From Raillietiella orientalis (lineage: Eukaryota): 64,000 nucleotides of DNA. Both the position numbers and the translations under genes were made by a program. The stretch is from assembly GCA_036172245.1 (NCBI GenBank), contig JAYWIR010000017.1:2108001-2172000 (forward strand), read 5' to 3'. A model generated the notes under the pieces. It did no database searches. It was given only the letters and a program-made list of their open reading frames with translations, and was not told the origin of the DNA. Shown one piece after another: positions 23,901-38,900 of this stretch. The number at the start of each line of letters is the position of its first letter. The stretch's first letter is position 1.

Positions 23901-26900
23901 TTCATCATAATGCAACCAAAAACGACACAATTAAGATGTATGAAAAATGAATGAGTGGAATTCTTTAAAAGTGGCAACCTATGCTGACTTTTGGACTTAG
24001 TTTGATCGTGAAACTCGCCCATTACCAGAAGGATATGTTCTTATATATCCCACGGGAGACTGACCATACCGCAACGACCGAATACGGAAAAGTTATCAAG
24101 CTTTTCCACCTTCCAGATAAAGCAAGAACGAGTAGGATTGCTTTACCAGCGAAAGCAGATCTTAGAAGTTTCATGTCCTGGACATGCTGCTGCTGAGAGG
24201 AATGGAAAGTTTGTCCATCAGAGTCGGTATACTTGTAGCTTGTAATTGGAGGAATATCAGTCATCGCAGATTCGAGACACGCAAATATTCGATATTGCAT
24301 ACATGCTGTATTAATTTCGGTTTTGTATAACGTTCAATAATAGCGAACACAAAGGTGACATGAATTGTTTTCACGATCAGGGATACAAACTTATCGAAAC
24401 GAAACCAATTCGGGTTGGTAAAATGAATAAAACTCTTCTTGTAGAATGCGTCCTCCATCTCAACGTAAGAACGTCAGTTTGAGCAGCTGGTCGTACAGTT
24501 TATTTCAGGCAGACAGTCCGTTCGTTCTGATCTCAGAAAATTTTCAAATCTATCCTTTCAAAAAGGCCTCGATTAAGCTGAAGCTATATTCATGTGCATC
24601 AGGTAAGTTACCGAGATCGAACACTTCGTAAAGGAATCAGTTACAACTCACTGCAAAATCCATTGTAACACACTCCGCTTGCACAGTCTGTAGGTGATTT
24701 GCATCTGCAGAGAGAGAAACGCGGAGTTTTTCGACAGTCTGGAACTAAGAGACAGCGATTCATGGGATAGCTTTTCAATACTATCGAGTTTCTCATCATG
24801 ACAACTTTAACACTATTTGCAATCACTGTATGGGAATATTTTTGTAATATTTTTGTGAATATTTGTGAATATTACTTACATTAAGAGTGTATAAACGCTC
24901 TTAGCCAGATTTCTTCCAATAGAGTAATTACAAATATTGAAGAGTTGGCAACAACAACAAAAAAAACGAAAAAAAAATTTCTTCCGTCAATGGAATGTGA
25001 CAGATGAATTTAGAAAGCTTACCGCAAACCTTATTTTTGCATATGAGAGCTCTACCGCATTCGGAAGATCGGCTGCAAGAGCATCCTCTGTATTTATTCG
25101 TCTTTGTGCACCAGGCTGAAATTGGTCTTTCTTACTCAAAACACAAAACCATGAGCTCATGGTTTTCCAAATGCCTCATTACCAGATCATTACCTAACTC
25201 TCCTTTCTTTTTTTCATTCTATAAATTCATTCATGAGATGTAAGTATCCCTTTACGAACAGGAATACATGATATCAGTTGCGAGAAAAGGGATAAGACGA
25301 AATGCGCAAGCGAAGCATCATACCTAGGAACGGTACATGTTTTCACGGTGTATGCTGATACGTCTTTACATTTCGGTTTTTGTCTAGTACTTTGTTTGTT
25401 GTCTATATAATAATTTACAATGGCAGATGATGGCATTCCATCAGAGCTTTTGAGAACACAAATTTATAAATCTGCGACGGTTTCCGCGTGCACTAAGAAC
25501 ACAAATAAATCAAACTCATTCCATAGAGTCGATGATTCGAAGATCACACATCCGCACGAAGCAAGGAGTCTCCATGGAGTAGAACGCTAAAACTTTCTCT
25601 TGCATGCCAAGAAAGGAAATCTTTAATACAGCCCATTTGTTTCATCCCTTTTTTTAAATAAAAAAAAAAAGGAAGAGATGAACAAATCTCTCGGTGCCGT
25701 GAAGAAGCCTAGCAATACAAATGCTGCAATTGCGAATTACTGATTAATTTTGTACTCAACACAGCAGGCATCGAAGCATAAGAAGCTTTTGAATGTAATC
25801 CAAACACCTCCGAGAGCCACCATATCTACACAATGGAAAACCACAAAACAGTCCGTATACTAGTATGGCGATGAGGAATCTCTAGACTGTGATTCATCAA
25901 AGCATTTCGTGAGTAAAGAGTAGCATAAACAAACGAATTCCTGCCTTGTTTTAGTGACTAAATGTTTAACCGAGCTCTGGTTCCTTTGCAGCGTTTAACC
26001 GATTTGCCTGTAATCCATGGTAACTTCCTGTGATGCTTTTCGAACAAGCTCACTGCAGAATATGATATGCATAACTTGAGCAAATACTCCGATGACCAGT
26101 TGGGCTCTCAAATGTATCAGATTATTACTCTTCCTTTATTGCTAGATATTGAAAGAAAACTCCGAAAAGCATATCACTCTGCTCTTGCTCTCGAGACGTC
26201 AAAGGGGTCCTCTAACAACGAAACCAGGATCGACCCACAAGAAACAAAGAAGCGACAAAGCCAGTTCCGAACACAAAGACGTCGCAATTTTTCTTTCAAT
26301 CAAGCGGTGTTTATACAGAGTTCCTTGCCATTCTGACAATACTAAAAAGATACTATAGCAATTATTGTAGTAGTATCGAAAACGATAACCGCAGTTTGAG
26401 TCAATAGGATAATTCCGTTTCGCTCACGCATGCTTGCAGATGAATTCATGGTCACTATACAGGAAAGCTAGAGCATTACTGCCCTAATACGAATGAAGTA
26501 ATTTGACACAAAAGCAGTTTTCTCTTCTCGAGTTCAGGGTAAAGTAAACTTGATTAGTAAACTATATAAAAAGTAAACTTGCATTTGTAATTGCAAAGCT
26601 AATACTGACCACATATGTTTCTTTTGCACTCTCCATTTCGGCAGTCAGTATTCGAGGAGCAACGACATCCAGGAGATTTGAGTGAGGAATCGCAATCTGG
26701 AACTATGAAAAACAGACATCTAGCGATGTCGTGGAAGCTTATTTAACACACAGCAGATAGTACACTCAAAAAAAAAAAAAAAAAAAATGAATTTGTGGAA
26801 ATCAAGCCAAAACATTTTGACTTTTTTTTTTTTTGTTCTTCCTGGATCAGACGGAATTCCTTTCCTTGTGAGGTCTGTATTTATCATCATTTTTGAGCAG

Positions 26901-29900
26901 ATACATTGTATTGACTTATTAAAATAGAGTGAGAAAAGTGAGAAAAATGCCATTCGGAAAAAGGATGAGACCATACCGCAAACATGCGTGTCTGAATCAC
27001 AGGTGAATGGGTGTCTACAGTCTCCAGGCAGGAAACAGTCACAGTTTACATCTCGACCTCTTCCCGAACAAGTGGCTGAAATTCCAAGAATTTCTTTGAT
27101 TCCTTCCGAATTTCATGAAAACTTAACTTTGGTTGACGAAATTTCCGCTCACGTACAAAAACAAGACAATTGCAGAAAAGCGATTGAAAATTCACTTTTG
27201 AATTTTATGAAATTCTTGATTAAATGAATGGATTTCTTATTTGATGGGAAAAACATATAAGAAGAGTTTGAGCTTACTGCATCTTCCATGCTTGCACATG
27301 TGAGAAGAGCAATCTTCTGAAAATGAGCAGGGACAAGAAGGTGCACCGTACCGTGGGAAAGTGGGGCATTTTACTTTAGGATACACTGAAAATAAAGGCT
27401 TCTATCACAAATTATTGCAATTGGATAATCTGTATGATCTGAAAAGGAACAAGTTTGCACCTGGACTCAACACGACTACAAACACTATCAAGACTATTGT
27501 TTCCTTTAACATCCTTGAAATTTCAGTCCAAATTATGCTACGGGAGCTACATTCTATTTTAGAATTGTATGGAAGGAATAGAACCAAGCACTTTCAGCGA
27601 TTTTGTATTTTCATCTGTAACAGTTGTGTTTCACCTTCATCTGCTTTTAGGAAAGCACATCATGTATGCTCCAGTACTAATGATGGTCTTGCATGGATAA
27701 TAAAGCTCCTGTATTGCAAACACTAATGCAGCTTTAAAAGATTATTTCATGGAAACTCAGAAAGCTCTGTATATGCTACGTTTTGGATGAATTCCGAATG
27801 CCCTATGATGTAGAGAAGGCAGCCGAAAAATGGCAGCATTTAGTGCAATATGCTACCCCGATTTCAATCGAATCGCCTATAACTGTCTGAAGAGAAATTA
27901 GCAATCAATTCACATCAAACAAAAACTGTAGCAAAAACCATGAATTTGTTGACTTTGTCGCTACAGATTGAGGTTTGTAGATTCATTTCTGAGGCTTTAA
28001 AAATTCTTGAATGCTTTCCGGGTATTTGCATCTTAAGATAGACCTCATAGAAGTACCTCATAGAAGATTCCGTAAATTTGTTAAAATAACATTTTACTTT
28101 AAACCGAGGAACTTGCAAATGCAGTGAAGGAACAATTCGAGGAGACAGTTGGAAAGCATGAAAATCTTGCAGAAGCTGTTACCTCTTCAAGTTGCCAAAG
28201 TTTAAAGGAAAGGAAGAGCATTTGCTGAGATATGAATTTCTGATTCGTTCAAACAGGATTCGCGAGTTTCGAATTGAAAATTGATTTGCATTCTTCGATA
28301 ACTGGAAATTTGCAAGGACACTGAGAGAACAGAAAGACACGAAAACACGTAAGAGGTCATCTGTTCTTTCACATACCTACTCGGAACAGAATCACGATTA
28401 GGAAAGCAAGTCGGAAACCTAATATGAATCTGAGATGGGTCAGTTTCCTTGAGACATCGGATAAGCTATCGCCTATCTATCAGAAACGAGCAGATAGTCT
28501 TTGCTTGCCGGAATGCAGATTTTTGCTAAGTGAAAGGTATTTTTCTCTTCAAAAGACGCAGCAAAGAAATATCTTCAGGAAAAACGCTACCTCTCTGTAC
28601 CCTCACATTTCAATTTGTTTGCAATCCTCTGCAATGTTTCTCTCTGTACCTATGCTTGATTGCAGTATCCTTTAGTGAATGACATACTCGAAAGAGATTG
28701 GTATCCGTTTCATCTGTGGCACAAAAATCATGAATCTTGCTTCTCTTTTATAATGACGTTTGTTCTCAAAAAGGATTCCTTCTCAAAAACCATTATTTCA
28801 CAGCTCTTAATCCAAGTTCAGAGGATTTTACACATCTTGAAGTAACTTTCCAAAATTTTCTCCTAAAACGACTGTAACGAATCCAAGCGAGACTTGCTAA
28901 TTCAGCAATCACAATTTTGAAATGATTGTGAACAACTGCAATTGCGATTGGCGCAACACTGACGCCGACGTTTTTGCTTCGTCTCAAAATGCCTTTACTG
29001 AAATGAGTACTTACTGCATAATTTTTCCTTGCATTCTAATTCCGAGACACATTTTTTTCCATTGCAGGGACAGTACACAGACACCGACGATTTTTCACAT
29101 TGTGGCCGTGTTTCTAAAATCAAAACATCTGTTTTTATTTTTTTTTTTTAAAAAAAAAAAAAGAAAACTTTCTTTCCAGTACTTTCAAGTAATTAAAAAT
29201 AATGCAGTAAATTTCGGGACCAATATGAGTCTGGTGATTTTATTATTGAATTGAATGCGCTCTTCACGCTCTAAAGCACCCGTATTGATAAGTGCTATGA
29301 TCAGACAAATGTAATATATGTAACCATTTTCTCTAACCACAAAATCCTGAAGCACATGTCAGATCTTCCGCACAATCCATGTTGGACAGACATGGGCAAT
29401 GTTCGGCACCACGATAATCGTTGCAAGTCTCTGAAAAAAATTGCAGCAATCTCATGTAGTTCTCGGACGTGACTGTTCCAAATGCTTTCGCACGCGAGTT
29501 TTAGAGGGTCGGAGAACAGTGAATTGAAGGGGGGGGAAAAAGAAACATCAAGCTTTCACATAATTTCACATGAAGAATTCTTGCTTCTGAAGAATGCATA
29601 TTATCGAAGTATTCTTTGATATCATGAATACACTAGCAGGTCATAGACTCCTGTAGAAAGTTTTGTTTTGTAGGAAATCAGATGACACTAAAAGTAACGG
29701 ATATTAATAAGTTCAACAAATGCGTTCGTGTTCAGCAGCTTCCGAATTAAATTCTCCGAAAGATCTCATTCTTCACGGGATTTCTGTGGGGCTTTAGCAA
29801 ACCTACAAATCTCATTCAACAGGAATCCTGTTTCCCACTCATTACTCAAATCATTTGGAAAGAGAATACTACGTGAATTATCTTTTGTACTTAAAAAGAT

Positions 29901-32900
29901 TACGAAATTTGTGTTCAGAAACGCTTCGCTATCATACTGAAGGCGTTCTCAATATACTTACGGCACAATCCGCGTTCACAGGTCAAACTGTCACATTCAC
30001 TATTGCGTTTGCAAGTACAACCAACAGGTTTGATCGTCTGGCTGCAATCAAGATCTGAAACACACAAGTCCCAGATCTGAAAGTCGGAAGAAATGTTGAT
30101 TTCCAAGCTCTCCTCTCTCAACGATGCATGATGCATTCGCACGGAAAGTGTGTTGAGAGATTACTTTAGGATTACTTGAGGAGATTAAACAAAAAGAAAA
30201 GACCAATGCACCAGTAGGATTCCAGTGTTCGTAACGATTTGAGGATTCTCATTAAATTAACATTCGAACTCGAAAATAACTTTTTGCACAGAAAAAGTGC
30301 AAAAAAAAGTGTGGGCAAAGAAGTGTTTTCACTGTTTCAAGGAAGAAATAAACAAAAAAAAATCCTTCCCCATGCGATGATTCCATTTCCACAGTTTTAT
30401 TTCTGATCGTTCGGGAACAGAATCTCAATGCTCCATTTTCATTTCGATGTGGCATTTGTGTGCTTGCATCATCGAAAATATGCTAAACTGTTGCTGCAAA
30501 ACTTTCTGCAATCCCCTGTTGAAGGGGTACTCACTCCAATAGACACCTGCAAATAGCTTTGAACGTATTTGCTCAGCTTGGATTTGCTTTGGCAGCGTTC
30601 ATGTAATACATGTACATGCAGCACTCCTCGAATGCAGGAAGTCAGGGAATTAAGAAACTATCAAGAGAACTCTTGATAGTTTTTTCGATAACTTTATTTA
30701 TTTTCTTTTTTCTTTTATTATTTCTTTTAGGACTTTGTTTTCTTTTCAAGTACCAACGTATAGGAAAAGTGAGGAATCTGCTTCATTATTTCAATTGCAA
30801 GTACCTGAGATACTTTTCGAGCAGAATTCCTTTGTCTCTTTTAGTTTCTTTTCATAACAGGTGGGGTCCTTCTATCCTTTGGTAATTGCTCTTGATGAAA
30901 GGAGCACTACTTTATTTTTGTCACTGCTCACTATTAGAGAGACATTTCAAGAAAAGCAGTCGAATGGAAGCACGCTGATTTTTCTTACTCATTTCACGTT
31001 CTAACAAAAGGAAGTTCTGGTGATAAATATTTTCTACTCATCTCTGGATTCGAATGAAAAGGAAGAGTTATGAAAAACCGATCTGATTTGACTTGAATCG
31101 ATCAGTATTTCTTTTTTGTATCAGTCTTGTTTGTGGATGGTTCTGATGTGAAATATTAAAGCAACACAGGATCAAACTCTTGCTATATTGCCTTCCGAGA
31201 CTTCTGCTTGATGCTGCGTTTGCCTAAATTCGAAGAAAAAAGAGAGGTATATTTTCACTGAAGCTTTGTTCTCAGTAGTTGAAGAGCTCGAAGCTCTTGT
31301 TTCAGAAAAATTTCCAATTTAGAAAGCAGCTTTTTTACCAGCAGTATTGAGGTGGATGAAAAAATTTGAAGACTGAGAAGGGGGAGGAAATTCAAAAAAA
31401 AAACAACAAATTCCAGATAACAAGTTTTCGTAATTTTCAATGCAATAGCATCCCCACTCGTTGTTAAATATTATCTCCGATGCTTATTTGATATTTATAT
31501 CATGTGAATATTTCGTGACTTTATTCGATCTCTTCGAGTGTTGGTCTGTTGCTGGAATCGAAGTACACTTTTCTCTTTTCCCTTCTCGTTGAATGTTACC
31601 ACATCAAAACCCTTGTACTGAGCGAAACTACATAAGTAATTTCTCATCGAACATTTGCTTGGCCAATTCGCTTCAACGAATTACACTAGTATTCCGATTT
31701 TTGCAGTTCGCAAATATATGAAGGTCTTCAGAGAAACGGGAATTCAGAATGTGGCCTCAATTTGCGTCCTCAAGATTTCGAGAGTGCGAAACAAAGCAAA
31801 CGAAGACTCCGTTTATCATTTGCATTCCGTCTCCATAAGAGAGTTCTACCTTTCCGGTGGTTTTCGTTTAACGCTTCATTTCGTTAAGGAACTGAACTTG
31901 AGCTACCGGTTCCCTTTGTCAAATTATTGAATGAATTTTTATCTTTCATGTTATGCTTAAATAAAACAAATACCTGATGTAACAATTGAGAGACTGTGTG
32001 TACTAAATAGAAAAAAATCATCCAACTACACAAGTCACATTGGACAGCTCAATTTACGTACTTCTGAACATCAAAGTCAAGCATTCAAGATGGACCGAAC
32101 ACTCACACATAGAAAACGTTATTTACCGCATTTGGAAAGCTCAGAACATTTATATCGAGGTGCGCAGGGACAAGGACAATTGATCTTCCCCGAAGAAGGA
32201 ATACAGGCATCTGCAATACATAAGAAAACCAATTCTCATTTTCGTATATAAACTGCCGACACACTTTCAGTATTTCAAATTAAAAATGCAAGTATGTTGA
32301 GTTAGCAAAAAACATGCTTATGATTTGTGTCGCAATGCAATTCAAGCGTATTGAGATTTAACAGAAAAATAATTAACCTGTGTTCGAGAAAAAAAATAAA
32401 AAAATATCAAGAGGAATATAATAGCTTAAACAGCAAAAAGATTTTGTTTATACATTACGCAAACACATATTAGTCTCGAAGAATTTATGTGCTTTAAGGA
32501 GTTGAAAATCAGTTAAAAGACAAATGCCAATTAATTTTGCTCCCAATTCAGACATTGTCAGTAACAAATCCGAAGTACAGTAATGTCTCATTATGAGATG
32601 CCATTATCAAGAGTAATGTCTCAGTTTCGTTTTGTGAGTTCCATTATGGAAATACAAAATCATCGAGACAAACTCAAAAAGGAAGAAAAAAGCAGTTCTC
32701 CGATGTCACACAAACGAAGGAATCATTTCTTCGTGGCATAAGAGGACAAATGTAAAGAAATCAGAAAACGTACCACATTTTCTTGCAGTACACAAATTTA
32801 TAGCACAGTCATCAGGACTCCAGCATGGACAAGACGGTTTCAAGGGTTTTGCAGTACAAATGACCTCTGGTTGAAGAAAAAAAAAAAAACTCATACAGAT

Positions 32901-35900
32901 GAAATTTCATAAAAGCCAAAAGATACACCAAAGCGATGCACGTACTTATGTCTTTCATTTTGGCAGCGTCAACATCGCAAAAATGGCAAAAAAATTAGAA
33001 CTTACTACAGAATCCTTCCACACAACCGTGATAGGATTCACAGTCCACATCGGTGGCACATTTCCTTGGATTATCTGAAATTTAATACGAAACAAAACAC
33101 TATGCTATCCAATCAGTGGAAAACGATCATCTCTTTGATATTGTGGATAACTATCAAGCATGTTTATGACAAATGTGAATGGTAGGAAACGAATCAGCTA
33201 CATCAAAAAGATTGAAAATGTGGCTCAGCAATAACTTTTGATAAAACTGGTCTTTAAAATATAAAAAAATTATCAAGCCGTCTTGAGGAGCATGTACTAA
33301 AAACTGCTAGTCGGTGCTGATTTGCCACTCCTTTCTTTTGTTCAACTTTGTTAGGAAACAGCTATGCATTACTCAGATGTAGGTCGGCAGCCATTACAAT
33401 GGAAGGACAGCTTCGGTTCCGTTTATTTTCGATAAATTATCAAACAGAAAGAGCGGTAGTAAGAAAGGGAATTCAGTAAACCTGACTTTTTCGGCGTTCC
33501 GCAGTTTCGTCTATTGAGTAGCGAGGGCCCAACACTATCGCGAACATCCATCGCTTCATGAATACGAAGTTAGAGCAAGTAGATTGCTGCATGTTCACGA
33601 GACAAAATTAATGCAGCGATTTTTCGTTTGTCAAACTCCTAAATTTGAACCTAGAGCCTCCTCGAAGAATTCATGAGCTTCACGAATAGGATTACACCTG
33701 CTTTGACATGAATTCCCCCAAATATTAGCGGCATTCCAATAAACGAGTGAGATCGAATGACAAATCGAATATTTGGCCAGTGGAAAATTTCCAGTTCAAA
33801 CTTACGAAACTTGATACGAACTACCACAAAATCTTCATACATGCCGAGTTAATGCGAAATGTTTCAGTGTGCACACCATAATCAGTAATAGTTTTTATTT
33901 ATACAACCAATAAGACAGAAGAGTGGAGTTTAAACAAGAAATTCCAGATGTACTTCTGGGCTAGAGGACTTGTCTGTTGGCAATCTCAGCTGAACAACTT
34001 CTGAGTTCTTGAATAATAAAAATCATTCTCTTCATACATCTACAAAACTTTTTTTTGGTAAACTCTTATCTGGCTAAATATACAGCTGAGAATCGACCTT
34101 TTGTTTATCATCAGATATTCCGTTGTTTAGTTATCGTATTGGATAAAGCACTTGCTCATTTAGAATAGAATATTTTTCAAAATCAAGTGTGTGATACGAA
34201 GAAAGCTTTTATTTTTGTGACCGAGCAAGCAGAGCTTGATCAGTACGTCCTGTTTCTTCTTTCAAGGCACTTACCACATATCCGTTCTGTGCAACTTTTA
34301 CTTTCACACCAAACAGAGGTGCTGCATGGACAGCCTGGATACCGGGGCAACCTCTCGCAGTTCAGCGCTACAATCAGAGAGCATGAGTTCGCAAATAGAT
34401 CTTTAGCATGCAACTCATATTTGTTCAAAAGAAAAACATCCTGTTTATATTTTCTCGAAACATCTTACCACAAACTTGACCTGTACATGCTAATCGATGA
34501 GCACATTCCTTAGGAAAAGCACATGGGCAGCCTGCTGGTTTGGAATCGACCGAACAATCAACTAAGGCATAGAGAATAGAAATTGAGATTATTTTTTCAG
34601 TGTTACCAGCTTTCGAATTCAAGTTGACGTTTCAAATTTCTAAAATTTCAACGAGAACGTGTAGTTTTAGTGATTCCATGTTATTGTTTCATTACAGATT
34701 CTACTTCCACGAGCTCGGGTTGATTCCACGAAAACCAACCCATGCATTGAACAATCAACATGCGATCTTCCAGCGTGTTTCATCGTCCAAGCGATGCAAT
34801 GTTAGTATAGTGAAAAATGTCTTTATGAAGTCTATAAAGTGCTGAAGATTCCTAGCCTGATCAATACTTTCGCATCACCGATTACAGTACTCATGTCTAC
34901 ATTCAAGTTGATTGAATTAAAATAGGGAAGCACAACTAGAAACTCAAGAAACTTCACATGAGCAAGAGATCATAGAATTGGATTTTCAAATAGGAACCAC
35001 TCGATTCGCGAATAGAGAATATGCTGCGGCAACGGGAATGAGAAACCGCAGTGCCCTTGCCATACGTCTCAAAGATTCGAATTGAAATGCTTTCTAGAAT
35101 TCAACAACGGACACTTATCATACTGATCCAGAAACTCAAAATCTGACTACTTTTAGAAGGTTCAAACTCCTCTTCGAGAGCAACATGGTTCTTTATACTG
35201 AAGCCTCAATAGATAATTTTGAAAATGTAGCTGAATGAGAATGCTCTCCACGACAAATGCCTGTATTGTGGGGTCTTGCCTGCTTTGGATGACAATTTGC
35301 AACTTGTTTCAGTTACTGAAGGAAAAATACTAATTTGCCTTTAAGGGAAACAAACACCAGCTGTTTTAGGGCTCTTAATAGCGATCATTACGAATCAGTC
35401 CTAGTTATGCGTGTTACACATGGACATTCGTGGACATTTCTTGTATGACCAGCAAAGTTAGTAGCGAAATAAAATAATCTTTAGAAATCTGCATAAAACC
35501 CATCAATAAGAACTTGGGCATAATGAGTGAATTGCTGCAAATAAGAGCTATTAGAAAGTGTTGTTTCCGTTATGCGAAACTACTAGGAGAAAGAGCATTG
35601 CTAATGGGTTCACTAATTTCATTTTGATGGTTTCGGTACACATATACGGAAAGAATACCAGTGAGGAATTTTTTTGAACTTTTCATGAATAAGCATGACT
35701 TGAAAAGGATTTCTGTTTTTGGTCGAAATTGACTTGCCATCTGCAACATTGAAATGAACTTACTACAAACTTTATTTAAGCACATTCCACTTGTGCAGTT
35801 ATCGCCAGACAGGCACGTGCACCCTTCGGGCCGCTTATCACTTGGACAAATTAAATCTTCCCAAAATTTGGCGTGTTTTCATTCATCGACTTACCGCAGA

Positions 35901-38900
35901 TTTTATTCAAGCACTTGTATGGATACGTACACGTAGCATCCCCAAAACATGGGCATCTGTATTCTCCTGGAGTGGATGTGCAATGTTCTTTAAAAGGAGA
36001 ATTTGCGAAAATAATCATCGATTTCTGAGAATGCATTTACCACATACTCCTTTGAATCCGCATTCCAAACCATCAATACACGTAACATTTCCTGAACACG
36101 GGCAATTATATCCAACCTTTTTAGATCCCGAACATCCTAGAATTCATAAAATATTATGAATGTGACATGAATACATGATATGAAAAGATATGGATGTTTT
36201 GAATGTGAATATAAAAAACGTGTCCAAGCAGATCTGGACGAATGCATTCATTTTCTGTAGAGTTTTCAAAAGAACGGAGCTTTCTGTGTGATTCCCAGGC
36301 AAAATGTTTTATCAGAATGTCATGATTGCTATGAAACTAGGAAAGTGAATTATTCTTAGTCTGTAGGAAGCGATAATGTATTATACGTAACCGTAGTCTT
36401 AGAAATGGGTTCTTGTTTCATGGAATCAGCAGAAGAACTGAAATATGCTGAGAATACTGACCTGGTATCCCTGGTTCTGGACCTAAAATAAAAAATTTAA
36501 GATGAAAAAAAATGAAAGCTTCCGCAAAACCACATACGTGACAAACATTTGAGCTATGTAAATAGACTTTCATTTAGTTCTCTGCGCGAATGTAATCATG
36601 TTCTCGTAGTTTGAAACCATTCCAGGTAATATCTAAGGCTGTCGAAAATTGAGAGTTATCAGAACGCGTTTTTTTTATCACTTATGAGAACAAAATGCAT
36701 AATTTACACAATGCTGAGCGTATGCAAGAGCAATGTTGTTTGTGAGATTTTTTGATACTCACTCGAACTTTATACTATTACTATTACATTCATATAATAT
36801 CATGGAGTGGAAGCAAAATGATAGTTACAGGTCTCTTTTTCGCATCTGTTATTCGATGCACAGCAACCTTTACATTCGTTTCCTTTAGTCTTCGAACATG
36901 CACAGTTTTCATCTTTAAGTAGTTGTTGCTCGCAAGGCACATCTCCCTTAGGTTCTAGAAACAAAGGAACAAAACGTTTAGTGACTACAGATTTTTGCGA
37001 TGGACAGACATGTGAACGTGACATATTATTGCATAAATCCTAGCATGCCATAATCTTATAGTGAATCTTCGTGTAATGAAAGCGCAACAGAAGCACTGCT
37101 TGTAAAAAAGAATTCACCGAAACATAAGCATTCACTTGACTCGCTTGGGAGTCCCTGATAAGTTGCCCACTAAATCCGACAAATACTCGGAGTGATGGCA
37201 AAAATTAACGGTCGCAGCTTGCTCTGCTCACTAGCCCAGATGCTCATTAATAGCTCAGATACGTGAGTGGTATTGCAGTTAAAACTAGCAATACTGTTGC
37301 CGAGATTGGAAGTAATTCGGATGAGTGCAAATGAGAGGGATGGATGTTTCTTTCGTAATGGAAAGAGGGAAGCAAAAAAGTACATAATTCAAATAAACGA
37401 TTGTTTATGAAAGATTGTTTATCATATTACAATTGTTTATCATAAATCAAAAGTGTTTAGTATTGTACCCTGTAATAAGGAGAAGAAAGAAAGAAGTTCG
37501 TGAATTAAGTACAAAGTGGTGTAGGGGAGTCGAGACCGTACAGCTGTCTGCAGTTAGGAAACGCAAGGGACGAGATTTCAGTACCAGCTTTGTAAGCATA
37601 AATAACATCGCCTGCGCAGAAGAGAGCTTTTTTGAACGCACAGGTAAAAAGGATCTGGAATCGATGAAAATGGATTGATTCTGGAATGGTAAAACTCAAA
37701 AGAAGTAAAATTTTCTGATGAATATCCGAATTCATCTGAAGTGGTTGCCAGAATAGGATTCAAGCTGGGCATACAGATTGTGTGAATATAAGATATCAGA
37801 AGCATTTTCCTTACCTGAAGGGCATCCACACTTATAAACATCGAAATGAATACAAAATTTTCTGATGTAAGTTGACAATGACAACACGGCCTGTCCCTGC
37901 AAACGTAGCATTACTGAAATAAAGTATAAGGGTAAGTTATCGGCTTGCACTGCTAGTATGTTTCTCAATTGCATTTGATTGCAAAGAACTGGTATGTATT
38001 CGAAGGTTGACAAAAATTCTCACGGTCCAGCATCAACGAAATTTGTTTCACAATGTTTTTCAATGAACCTGGACAAATTCGTGGGTGTAAACATAGAAAG
38101 AGGGGCTGGAGCTTATGAAGTTTCTCGATCTTATGGGTTTTCTTATGCGTTTCCCGGAGATAGTTTTAGATTATTCATTACAATGAAATCTTCTGTGATT
38201 AGAGTTCAACACTCTGATGAATTTTAAAAGGAATCACACCGTTGTATAAAAACAGTATTCATATTATAAAGATGTGTATTAGGAGAAAAAAAAACCAACA
38301 CCAAGTTTCGTACTGAATTTTTCTTTTACGTGCCAGATCCAGTGGTTGTGAGACACTTCGTTTCACATGAATTTGCAGCCAGTTGTGTGCATAACACTGA
38401 ATTTTCTGTAACCGCTAGCCTTTTGCAATAATAACAGCACCCAACCTTTATAACCATATCCTTCTGTTATGTACAGAGGATTTTCAAAAGCAAACGACGT
38501 TGCTGTTCTGATTATGCAAAATTTCCATTCAAAAACTTTTCAATGCCAACTACTTAAACATATGTCACAATTTCATATTGATTACGTAACCGAGACAAAA
38601 AATGTTTTCAGCGGAATTAGGCAAAAAATAAAACTAATTGAATATTAAAATATTTCGTGAAGAGTATCTGCAACTCCTGGAACCGATTTCTTCAGTTTTA
38701 CCGTGAATGCTTCTCGATTCGACCGTAAAATTGCCTTTCATCTTATTAGATTCTTCCTTTCCGATTTTTTTCTTCCTGTCTTTCAGTGTCCACAATCTGG
38801 TTGATACCTTGCGTACTTTCTTGGAAACAGCGTAGAGCACAGCTTTCTGTCCTCTTTTTCTCATTTGCATGCAAAAGGCTAGAGACATTAACACAGTAGA

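Noticed and set aside
32127..32210. Apparent frameshift in a module exon
   Set aside because: Re-reading the G run gives an open frame: ACIPSSGKINCPCPCAPRYKCSELSKC.
15938..36954. CRISPR-like or nucleotide tandem-repeat array
   Set aside because: The repetition exists only at the level of Cys spacing and splice phase. There are no identical DNA repeats and no cas genes.
37400..38230. Plus-strand hAT remnant (LDKFVGVNIERGA)
   Set aside because: Only a single weak motif, which is too little to call.
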